Shown here piece after piece: positions 16,904 through 25,568 of a stretch of DNA of 56,643 bases. Both the position numbers and the translations under genes were made by a program. The DNA is from Bacteroidetes bacterium MED-G20. GTDB lineage: Bacteria; Bacteroidota; Bacteroidia; Flavobacteriales_D; Parvicellaceae. The notes beneath the pieces are model-generated. The model made no database searches, had not been told where the DNA came from, and saw only the letters and a program-made list of their open reading frames with translations. Where the stretch lies: NCBI GenBank assembly GCA_002457645.1, contig NTKH01000001.1, positions 1 through 56,643 of the forward strand, read 5' to 3'. The first letter of the stretch is position 1. The number at the start of each line of letters is the position of its first letter.

Positions 16904-18825
16904 ATTGTTATCCTTAGAGCTTCATTTATATTAGCAGCATTAGCAATACAAGAATTTTCATTGCAAATAAAAATATTTTTTCCTTCTCCTTGGTATTTTT
17001 CTTTAAAAATTAAAATTTCAGATTCTTTTTCTAAGACATATAATTGATCATATATTTCTTTTTGGTGATGTAGGTGCCATAACTCATTTATTTCATACCC
17101 CACCACAACATATTGTTTATTCGAACTCTTTTTTTTGTTTGATAACATCATCCAGTTAGTAAAATTAGGCAACCATTTTTGAGCTTTTGCTCCAACTTTA
17201 CTCATCATTTTATCCATTATTTCTAAATATTTTTTTTCATAGGTAACAATATATAGTTCATATAAATTATTAGCGATTACAGAGTTGCTAGCGGGAATAA
17301 CTTCATCTTCAATTTCAAAATTTTTTTTATAAAGAACTTTACTTTCTGAAAAGGCAAATAAACTTTTATTATCAGTCCAAAACTTATTAATGGTAATATT
17401 AGTCCATTTGATGCTTTCATCAATCCAGTACGCTGAGTCACTGATATGTCCCATTTTTATGGTTAATGCCACTAACCAAGAATAGTCTTCTAAGGTTCCG
17501 TTTATTATTTTATTTGAATAAACCAGTCTAAAACACTGATTATTTTTACTGAAATTATTCAAAATTAATTGTGTTGTAGTTTTAGCTATTTCAAACCATT
17601 TACTATTTTGATAGGTAATTGATGCGTCAATTAAACCAATAATCATCATACAATTCCAGCTACAAATGGCTTTACGATCAATTGCAGGAAAAGTATTAGC
17701 GCTTCTTAGTCCCTTTAACTTTGATAAAAGTTTTCCCTCAACTTCACTAGGAATAGTCTCTTTTTTATGCATGTGCCATTTACTTTCCCTTAGCGAATTG
17801 TTGTTCATATTAAAATTCAATTGACAATACTCAAGCTCTTTTTTATTGAAATTTTCTAATAGTTGGTTTTTTTTGAACAAATAATACCCCCCCTCTCCAT
17901 CTACGTTATCAGCGTCAATTGATGATGGAAAAAAGTTATTATCAGCTTTAATACTGAGCCAAAACTCTACAGTTTTTTTCACTAATTCAGCATAAATATT
18001 TTCTTTAATTATTAAATCGTAGCTGCTAAAAACACTAATTAATTGGCCATTATCATATAGCATTTTTTCAAAGTGAGGGATGTCCCAATACTCATCTGTA
18101 CAATATCTAAAAAACCCACCTTCAATATGGTCAAATAGCCCTTTTTGTGCCATATTATTAAAAGTTTTTTCTTTAAAAATATCCCATTTTTTTTCATTAG
18201 GCAATTGGATTAAAAAACTTAAAAAATTAGGCATTGGAAATTTTTGACCAGATTTTAAACCTCCGTTTTCTAAGTCGATAAAAGTTTCCCAATCTTTAAA
18301 GGATGATTTAAATTGGATTTCTTGAAGTGGTTCTTTATCTACATAATTTTTTTGTTGATGAATAAAGTTTCTTGAATAATCATGAAGTTTTTTGGGGCTG
18401 TCTTTATAAATATTGCTGAACCTAGATATAAGGTTTAGCCAGTCATTAGCGTTGTAGTATGTCCCTGCATATAAGGGTAGGGAAGATGGTAGTAAGATGC
18501 AGTTTAAGGGCCATCCTCCACTACCTTTTGTTTCTAATAAGAAATCCATATAGACATTATCAACTTCAGGATGTTCCTCTTTATCAACCTTTATGGCAAT
18601 AAAATGTTGATTCATTACTTTTGCTATTAATTCATTATTAAAAGTTTCTCTTTCCATTACATGGCACCAGTGGCATGCTGAGTATCCAATACTTAAAATA
18701 ATTAACTTATTTTCCCTTTTAGCTTGATCTAAAGTGGAGATTGTCCATGGTTTCCAGTAAATGGGATTTTTGGAGTGATGAAGTAAATAAGCGCTATTAG
18801 ATTTTTCTAACTCATTCATTTTCAT
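16900..18825 (-). CDS. thioredoxin-domain protein of the DUF255/YyaL family (thioredoxin fold plus alpha/alpha-toroid domain)
   Basis: 641 aa with N-terminal YLLHHSKNPIYWKPW...IGYSACHWCHVMERETF. Confidence 0.85.
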   Translation of the reverse strand: MKMNELEKSNSAYLLHHSKNPIYWKPWTISTLDQAKRENKLIILSIGYSACHWCHVMERETFNNELIAKVMNQHFIAIKVDKEEHPEVDNVYMDFLLETKGSGGWPLNCILLPSSLPLYAGTYYNANDWLNLISRFSNIYKDSPKKLHDYSRNFIHQQKNYVDKEPLQEIQFKSSFKDWETFIDLENGGLKSGQKFPMPNFLSFLIQLPNEKKWDIFKEKTFNNMAQKGLFDHIEGGFFRYCTDEYWDIPHFEKMLYDNGQLISVFSSYDLIIKENIYAELVKKTVEFWLSIKADNNFFPSSIDADNVDGEGGYYLFKKNQLLENFNKKELEYCQLNFNMNNNSLRESKWHMHKKETIPSEVEGKLLSKLKGLRSANTFPAIDRKAICSWNCMMIIGLIDASITYQNSKWFEIAKTTTQLILNNFSKNNQCFRLVYSNKIINGTLEDYSWLVALTIKMGHISDSAYWIDESIKWTNITINKFWTDNKSLFAFSESKVLYKKNFEIEDEVIPASNSVIANNLYELYIVTYEKKYLEIMDKMMSKVGAKAQKWLPNFTNWMMLSNKKKSSNKQYVVVGYEINELWHLHHQKEIYDQLYVLEKESEILIFKEKYQGEGKNIFICNENSCIANAANINEALRITI

Positions 18826-19831
18826 AGCTAAAAATGAGCTCTTTCAAATCATTTAAAACTTGCTTTTTAAGAATTTCTGGAGCAATGATTTTACAATCCT
18901 TTCCAAACCCTAATAATAACATCTTAAGTTCATAGGTAATGAGAAGATGAAAAGAGAAAATATGATTGCCATTATTTATCACTTCTTTAAGAATTTGAGA
19001 ATGATGAAGAGGCTGAGAAATTAAATATTTGGATAAAATGGGATTGGTCTCTATAATTATTTCATTAGGAAGTTCATTAAAAACGGTGATCCCAATGGAA
19101 TGTTTGAAAAAATTATCAGCAGAAAAGTTAGTGTCTACTCTGAATGTTTGTTCTAACAAGATCGGATCAAAAATTCTATCTAATCCAAAGGTTATTACTT
19201 TTTCTTTAAGTTCACTTTTGCCTATTAAATACCATCTATTTCTGTACTCCTTGAGAAGATATGGATGCATTCTGCGAACAGACTTTATATTTTTAGAGAA
19301 GTTGAAATAATCAAATTGTACTACTTTTTTATTTTTAATAGCACTTAAAAAAATTTCAAGATTTTCATTCCCTCTAATAGTTGGTAAAGTTTCAAATTGA
19401 ATTATCTGTTCTTCATTGTGGCTACTAGATTTTTCAGAGCTTATGGCTCTATCTAAAATTTTCTGAATGGCAAATTCATACTGCCCAAACAAACTAGTAT
19501 TTTTAAACTGATGAAGAATAGTAGAAGCAGCTTTTATAGCATTAATATCTTTTTCAGTTAATGGAACATCATCCATGGAGAAATTACTTTCTAAATAATA
19601 ATAGCCTCTTTCCTTTTTGCTATAAGCAATGGGTGCATCATGCTCAATCCGCATGGCAAATAAATCTTTTTCAATTGTAGAATCACAAATATGAGAACCA
19701 TCAGAACTTCCAAAAATCTCTTCTTCGCAAAGTTGTCGCAAATCTCTCTTGCTTGGATATGGAGAATACTCGTTTCTAATAGATCTATCTATAATTCTAT
19801 ACCTTAATAATGCATTTTTTATAGCTGGCAT
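18812..19831 (-). CDS. WYL-domain transcriptional regulator (HTH-WYL-WCX architecture)
   Basis: 339 aa with an N-terminal winged-helix-like region (NALLRYRIIDRSI) and the central signature HPYLLKEYRNRWYLIGK. It overlaps the downstream gene by 14 nt. Confidence 0.8.
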   Translation of the reverse strand: MPAIKNALLRYRIIDRSIRNEYSPYPSKRDLRQLCEEEIFGSSDGSHICDSTIEKDLFAMRIEHDAPIAYSKKERGYYYLESNFSMDDVPLTEKDINAIKAASTILHQFKNTSLFGQYEFAIQKILDRAISSEKSSSHNEEQIIQFETLPTIRGNENLEIFLSAIKNKKVVQFDYFNFSKNIKSVRRMHPYLLKEYRNRWYLIGKSELKEKVITFGLDRIFDPILLEQTFRVDTNFSADNFFKHSIGITVFNELPNEIIIETNPILSKYLISQPLHHSQILKEVINNGNHIFSFHLLITYELKMLLLGFGKDCKIIAPEILKKQVLNDLKELIFSYENE

Positions 19832-19837
19832 AATTTA

Positions 19838-21577
19838 TTAAAATTGAAAGTATATAAAAGGTTGTAAACTTGTTGATGCAATTTGATACATTATAAATAT
19901 AGCGGAAAAACAAATCATTAATTGAATAAATATAGGAGATTTTGAAAACTTTTCTCTATACCAAAACTTCCATTTTTCTGGAATAAAATGAATTAAAAAG
20001 CCAATAATAATAACTACGAAAACATGGCTATAAACTGAAATAACATCTCCAATTAAATTCCATTGGAAGTTAAAAAACAATTGATTTAATATTTCATTAG
20101 CTGTAAACCATTCTGATAATATATTATGTGATTCATCCATTTGGTCCCAGGAATTTATAGACCCACTTCGAAACCAAATTCTGGTAAATGTTACAAAATT
20201 AAAAGTGATAATTATTCCCAAAATTTTATACATCCATTTGGATTTGTTTTTCCAAGGGCTAATATTTTTCCAGAGTTTATAAATAACAATTCCTAATCCA
20301 TTTAGTCCTCCCCAAAGAACAAAATTCCAACTAGCTCCATGCCAAAGCCCACCAATTAACATAGTTAACATGATATTAATATTTGTCAAATACCATTTAT
20401 TAAATCTAGGAAATATTTCACCTAATAAAAGCGTTAAAAAAATAACAGAAAGTATCCCAAATAAAAGAGCTAACGAGCCACTAAGTAAGTATATAAATAC
20501 TATTATTAACGCAAGAGAAACATAGCTGAAAAGTGATCCACCTCGATTTCCCCCCATAGGAATATATAGATAATCCTTTAGCCATGAAGAAAGAGAAATA
20601 TGCCATCTCTTCCAAAAATCTCCACAGTTATCTGCCTTATATGGAGAATTGAAATTTTTAGGTAATCTAAAGCCTAAAATCAAGGCTATGCCAATAGCAA
20701 TATCTGTATACCCAGAAAAATCTGCATAAACTTGGAGAGAATAACCATAGAGAGCCATTAAATTTTCAAAACCAGAAAACATTCCTGGATTATCGAAAAC
20801 TCTATCGACAAAATTAACAGCAATATAATCTGCTAAAAGAAATTTCTTTAATAAACCATTTAATATCCAAAATAAAGCCATTCCAAATTCTTGCCTATTT
20901 AAAGTATATGGTTGATGAATTTGAGGTATAAAATCTGCTGCTCTAACAATTGGACCTGCTACTAGCTGAGGAAAAAATGAAACATAAAATCCAAAATCAA
21001 AAATATTATTAACTGGAGATAATTTTTTTCTGAAAATATCTATTGAGTAGGACATGGTCTGAAAAGTATAAAAAGAAATGCCAACTGGAAGTAAAATTTG
21101 ATCTACTCTAAAGCTTGATCCCGTAAATTGATTAGTTAATGAAGCAAAATGATTAATAGGATGCCAGTTAGATCCAATTATGGTATTAAATGAATCTGTA
21201 AAAAAATAGGCGTACTTAAAATAAATCAAGATAAGAAGGTTAATAGCTACACTTAAGCCTAAAAATATTTTCGCATGTAGCTCCTTCTTGGAAACGAAAA
21301 TAGCTTTTCCAAGAAAAAAGTCTACGATCGTTGAAAAAAGTAAAATGGAAAAAAAGAATCCACTTGTTTTGTAATAGAAATATATACTTACAAGAAAAAG
21401 AAAAATACTTCTTAAACTAAGTTTTTTATAGACCAATCCATATCCAATTATAACCAATAGAAAAAATATCCAAAAAGGATATTCAGTAAATATCATCGGA
21501 TGTTCAGATGAATTTAAAAATGGAGAAAAAAGCCATTCATAAAATTTATATATAGAAAAATCACCCACTATCTTCAA
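19838..21577 (-). CDS. MBOAT-family membrane O-acyltransferase (AlgI/PatA/DltB-like)
   Basis: Polytopic membrane protein with FWKRWHISLSSWLKDYLYIPMGGNR and the conserved His region (GGLWHGASWNF). The in-frame ATG at 21496 (MIFTEYPFWIFF) is the more AlgI-like start; the longest ORF overlaps the upstream gene by 17 nt. Confidence 0.9.
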   Translation of the reverse strand: MKIVGDFSIYKFYEWLFSPFLNSSEHPMIFTEYPFWIFFLLVIIGYGLVYKKLSLRSIFLFLVSIYFYYKTSGFFFSILLFSTIVDFFLGKAIFVSKKELHAKIFLGLSVAINLLILIYFKYAYFFTDSFNTIIGSNWHPINHFASLTNQFTGSSFRVDQILLPVGISFYTFQTMSYSIDIFRKKLSPVNNIFDFGFYVSFFPQLVAGPIVRAADFIPQIHQPYTLNRQEFGMALFWILNGLLKKFLLADYIAVNFVDRVFDNPGMFSGFENLMALYGYSLQVYADFSGYTDIAIGIALILGFRLPKNFNSPYKADNCGDFWKRWHISLSSWLKDYLYIPMGGNRGGSLFSYVSLALIIVFIYLLSGSLALLFGILSVIFLTLLLGEIFPRFNKWYLTNINIMLTMLIGGLWHGASWNFVLWGGLNGLGIVIYKLWKNISPWKNKSKWMYKILGIIITFNFVTFTRIWFRSGSINSWDQMDESHNILSEWFTANEILNQLFFNFQWNLIGDVISVYSHVFVVIIIGFLIHFIPEKWKFWYREKFSKSPIFIQLMICFSAIFIMYQIASTSLQPFIYFQF

Positions 21578-22793
21578 TATAATTTATATAAGACTTCATA
21601 AATGCCTCAAATAATAAATCTCCAATAAGATTATATCCATCATAAGTCAAGTGAATAAGATCTTTTTTAGCTAATTTATTTTTTTGCCAATCTTTTATGG
21701 AATTTAACCCTCCCATGACTTGAAACATATCCCAAAGAGCAAGATCTTTATTTTTTGCCAATTCAAACATTTTTTCTCTCACTTCTAGAGCTCTTGTATT
21801 TGGATATTTTTTCTTGTAGTAACTGTCATTATTGGTTGTAAGTAAAATGGCGGTATTTGGATTAATCAATTTAATTTTCTGTATCAATGTATCATAGTTT
21901 TTATAAAATGATTCTTTGGAAAAATCTTCTTCATAAGCATCATTTATGCCAATAGAAAATATGACTAAATCAGGCTGGATTAAAGCCAGCTGCTGCTCAA
22001 AATCAACACATCTTAAATAGCTTTTAACACTTGCCCCATTTACTCCAATAGAATGATAAGAGATTCCATTGTTGTTATTGTCTAAAAGAAGACCAAAAAA
22101 AGAAAAATTAGAGGGTATGTCTTTTTTCCTAAGGATTTGGATAGTCAAGGAATCGACCAATCTTGATAATTGAAATTTAATATGCCCTTTATCTCTTTTA
22201 CAGTCTATTTTAATACTAGAATCAACTATTATCTTAATTTCATAGTTATTGCTAGAATCTTTAAAGAACACATCTATAGAATTAAAAGAATCATACTTAC
22301 TTAAGGGCTTTTTGTTCCAAATATTAATATTAGAGACAGAGTCTATTAGATCTGCTCTAGCCCCCATCAACCCAAATGGACCATGATGATGATTAACTGA
22401 ATTACGGTACCCTTTCCATCTGCCATTGTGGCTAGACATTATAACTGGAGATCCATTTGATTTTATCAATCTAAAAGGAAAAATAAATCCTCGACCGGAA
22501 CTACAATAAGGGCTAGAATGCTGAAAATTAGTTCTCATTCTGTTGGACCATATATCAGCCTGAATATGAGAGCCTCCAAAATGAAGGATGTTGATTTTAT
22601 CATTTCCTTTAGAATATTGGTTATCCAGTTTTTTAAAAAACTTGTTCCAATCTTTAGTACCATATATATTTAAACCATTTTTTTTTGTTTCTATAAATGG
22701 ATATTTTGATGTATTTGGTGAAGTAAATTGACACCATGAATTAAATCCATTAAAAACCAATAAAAAAAATATAATTATACTTTTATTAATCAT
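21561..22793 (-). CDS. SGNH/GDSL-family hydrolase or O-acetyltransferase, exported
   Basis: 410 aa with a signal peptide, block I variant LHFGGSHIQAD, block III SIGINDA and block V DLIHLT. Confidence 0.75.
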   Translation of the reverse strand: MINKSIIIFFLLVFNGFNSWCQFTSPNTSKYPFIETKKNGLNIYGTKDWNKFFKKLDNQYSKGNDKINILHFGGSHIQADIWSNRMRTNFQHSSPYCSSGRGFIFPFRLIKSNGSPVIMSSHNGRWKGYRNSVNHHHGPFGLMGARADLIDSVSNINIWNKKPLSKYDSFNSIDVFFKDSSNNYEIKIIVDSSIKIDCKRDKGHIKFQLSRLVDSLTIQILRKKDIPSNFSFFGLLLDNNNNGISYHSIGVNGASVKSYLRCVDFEQQLALIQPDLVIFSIGINDAYEEDFSKESFYKNYDTLIQKIKLINPNTAILLTTNNDSYYKKKYPNTRALEVREKMFELAKNKDLALWDMFQVMGGLNSIKDWQKNKLAKKDLIHLTYDGYNLIGDLLFEAFMKSYINYIEDSG

Positions 22794-24208
22794 TTTTTTT
22801 GATTTAAATAATTTTTGTAATCTCGCATAAAATCTTCAATAAAAAAATCAGCAATTTTTTTAGCTCCTCTATTAGTAAAGTGAATATAGTCTCTTGCAGC
22901 TAGTGAAGGTTGTTCCAAGACCCATTTCTGAATAGAGTTTTCTCCTCCCATATTTATATACATATCCCAGAAACAAGAATTGGTTTCAAAAGCTGCCTTT
23001 TTTAAAGCTGATATTACATCCTCTAATATTGGATAAGTAATAAATTCCGTTTTTTGTTTTTTTGCCATATCAGCAGGTCCAATAATAATAAACATGGCCT
23101 TGGGATTAATTTTCTTTAATTTAAGAATTTGTTTTTTAAAATAATTCCCATATTTAAAGGCTCTTTCCCTTGATTTAATATAGGGGATGGTATTTCCACC
23201 AAATTCCAATATAAATAAATCTGTTGAAAGCAGCTTTTGCATCTGACTTAATGAATTAAAATCTACTTTAGAAAATTCTGTGCCTGATGCCCCTCTTAAA
23301 GGAATATTATCAACAACAACCCCTTTATTCCCTTCCAAAGAAATGCCATATATTGTTGGGCTTGAGTTGGAACTGAATTGTAATGTAAATTCTTTTGGGC
23401 CCTTGCTAAACTCTAATTGCTTTAACTTGATTTCTTCTGTATTTAAAAGAGTATCAGTATGAAAAACAGAATCATTAATAAGCAATCTCAGTATGGTGTT
23501 TTCTGGATTAGAATAAAAGATTTTTAACAGGCTAAAGTTTCTACAAAGTTTATAAGATTTAGTAGGTCGCTTGATATTAATTTCCCCATTGTAGATAAAG
23601 TTTGAATCAATAGATAATGAATCAGGATTCATGGTGCAAAAAGAAAATAAAGCTCCATATTTCTTATGGTTAATTTTTTTATCGATATAGGGGCCAAACC
23701 CTGTTTTTCTAACCCAATTTTTAGATGGAGTATTATTAAGGCTTATTTTTCTAGTAGCTGGTATAACAGCAAAAAGTCCAGCCCCGTTTCCGCCAAATTC
23801 ATTTTGTAATCTCTCTCTTAGTCTTCCAGAAATTCTGTCTCCTTCAATTTGAGAATCCCCATAATGCATTATTCTTACCTTTTTAAACTTTGCCTTTTCT
23901 AATTTCTTAAAAAAAGAAATTAATATAGAAGGGTCATTGTTAGGGTATTGTATGTTTTTTTCAGATATAATTATTGCCTCTTTTAATCGTTTTTTTTCAA
24001 GTTTTAATTCATTTTCTAAACTGTCTTGAATCTGTTTTTTTACCTTATTTATTGAATCATAATTAATAATAATTGGAGGTGGAATCTCAGCCGGAATTTC
24101 TTTAATTAACTTTTGTTTTTGAAAATCTTCCTTAGATATAAAGTTTAATTCCATATTGGCTATTTGAACCCCATTGCTAGGGAAAATCCAGAATAGAATT
24201 AATAGCAT
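22790..24208 (-). CDS. SGNH/GDSL-family hydrolase or O-acetyltransferase, membrane-anchored
   Basis: 472 aa with an N-terminal hydrophobic anchor, block I MHYGDSQIEGD, block III EFGGNT and block V DYIHFT. Confidence 0.75.
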   Translation of the reverse strand: MLLILFWIFPSNGVQIANMELNFISKEDFQKQKLIKEIPAEIPPPIIINYDSINKVKKQIQDSLENELKLEKKRLKEAIIISEKNIQYPNNDPSILISFFKKLEKAKFKKVRIMHYGDSQIEGDRISGRLRERLQNEFGGNGAGLFAVIPATRKISLNNTPSKNWVRKTGFGPYIDKKINHKKYGALFSFCTMNPDSLSIDSNFIYNGEINIKRPTKSYKLCRNFSLLKIFYSNPENTILRLLINDSVFHTDTLLNTEEIKLKQLEFSKGPKEFTLQFSSNSSPTIYGISLEGNKGVVVDNIPLRGASGTEFSKVDFNSLSQMQKLLSTDLFILEFGGNTIPYIKSRERAFKYGNYFKKQILKLKKINPKAMFIIIGPADMAKKQKTEFITYPILEDVISALKKAAFETNSCFWDMYINMGGENSIQKWVLEQPSLAARDYIHFTNRGAKKIADFFIEDFMRDYKNYLNQKK

Positions 24209-24249
24209 TATAGTTAATAATACTAAAAAAATGAGAGGATAAAAGGGCG

Positions 24250-25515
24250 TTATTTCTTTGTTATTCTTAATTGCTGATTAGGTTTTAGTTCACGGTAATA
24301 ATTATACTTACATATTTTTTTAATGGTGACCTGAGGATTGGCTACTGCTATTTCCCAAAAATATTTTTCTTTAGAAATTATTTTAAGATCCAATTTGTTG
24401 TTATTAAATTCATGTTTTGACATTAAAATCAACTTTTGGTCTTGATAAATAATTGTGTTTTTTAAATTATTCCAACTCATTATTTCTTTAACAGAAACAT
24501 TATTATCAATCGCTATTTGACCTAGAACATCCCCTTGTTTGACTAAATGTATTTTTTTACTTTTTTGGATAGTATCCAAATATAAATTTCGCCTCATTGA
24601 ATCTTGAAAAGATAATATTTTTTGAATATTTTGTTTTAAGAAATTTCCCACTTCATCTTCTAACTTTAAGCCATAGTCTCTGGGGAGAATTTGCCCTAAT
24701 AAAACAGAGTTGTCTCTTTTAATTTTCTGAAAGTCTATAATTTTAAATTGAGCAATTGCATCAAAAAAAATGTTTTCCTCAAATATAAATTCACTCATAT
24801 TTGAAGGGTTAGGATGAGTAAATTTTGGGGAATATTCGATGTTATCAAGCCAGTTTATTAACTCTACATTAAATAAATATTTTTTATCTATAAATTTAAT
24901 AGCTTCTTCCCATTTATTGGAATTGGCTTCTTTCATGATATTAGAAACATAATTAGGAGAAGTAATATATGACAATAAAGTCCAATTATCTGATTTATAG
25001 ATCTTAGACAGCTCTTTTATATGTCTAATTGCAGCTAAGGTAGAAGCTTTTTCATCAAGTCTTTGATCCATATAGCTATTAACATTAAGGTTCATTTTTA
25101 ATGCTGTTATATAACTTAAAGACCATATTCCTCTTCCTGATAAATTACTTGTATAGTGATCTTGATAAGCAGATAATATTAATGGAAGAAATCCAAATTT
25201 TGATGGTAATTTATGCCGATTAAGTGCAGAGTCAATAAAAGAGTATTCATTCAATTTTTTTTGAAATAAAAAGTTGAGCATCTTACTATCTTCTTTAGCT
25301 ATATTAATTTCCATTGGGGGCCACAAAATATTATTTTCCATTAATAAAGAAGTTTTAATATCTGAAGGATTGAAGAGAAAAAGATTATCATTTTTTTGAG
25401 CATTAAAGCTGAATAATCTTAAAACAAAAAACATTATAATTAAACCATGAAATTTGATCTGAAAATGGAAGGAAAAAAATTTAGAATGTTTAAACATATT
25501 ATTTAATGATCTCAT
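24250..25515 (-). CDS. LysM-domain protein with an MltD-like lytic-transglycosylase-fold domain that seems to lack the catalytic Glu
   Basis: 421 aa with an N-terminal hydrophobic segment. LPLILSAYQD...SGRGIWSLSYITA aligns by eye to the family 1D pattern LPxVESAYNP...AGAAGLWQFMPSTG. There is one LysM (HLVKQGDVLGQIAIDNNVSVKEIMSWNNL). Confidence 0.65.
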   Translation of the reverse strand: MRSLNNMFKHSKFFSFHFQIKFHGLIIMFFVLRLFSFNAQKNDNLFLFNPSDIKTSLLMENNILWPPMEINIAKEDSKMLNFLFQKKLNEYSFIDSALNRHKLPSKFGFLPLILSAYQDHYTSNLSGRGIWSLSYITALKMNLNVNSYMDQRLDEKASTLAAIRHIKELSKIYKSDNWTLLSYITSPNYVSNIMKEANSNKWEEAIKFIDKKYLFNVELINWLDNIEYSPKFTHPNPSNMSEFIFEENIFFDAIAQFKIIDFQKIKRDNSVLLGQILPRDYGLKLEDEVGNFLKQNIQKILSFQDSMRRNLYLDTIQKSKKIHLVKQGDVLGQIAIDNNVSVKEIMSWNNLKNTIIYQDQKLILMSKHEFNNNKLDLKIISKEKYFWEIAVANPQVTIKKICKYNYYRELKPNQQLRITKK

Positions 25516-25568
25516 TTTTGAATACTCATTAAATGTAGCTATTGTATAAATACAATAAAAAAAATATA

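Noticed and set aside
16001-19831. WYL regulator plus neighbours as an anti-phage defence system
   Set aside because: None of the flanking proteins carries nuclease, helicase, ATPase, methyltransferase, TIR, SIR2 or toxin-like motifs. The neighbours are a thioredoxin-fold YyaL protein and envelope acyltransferases, and composition is native.
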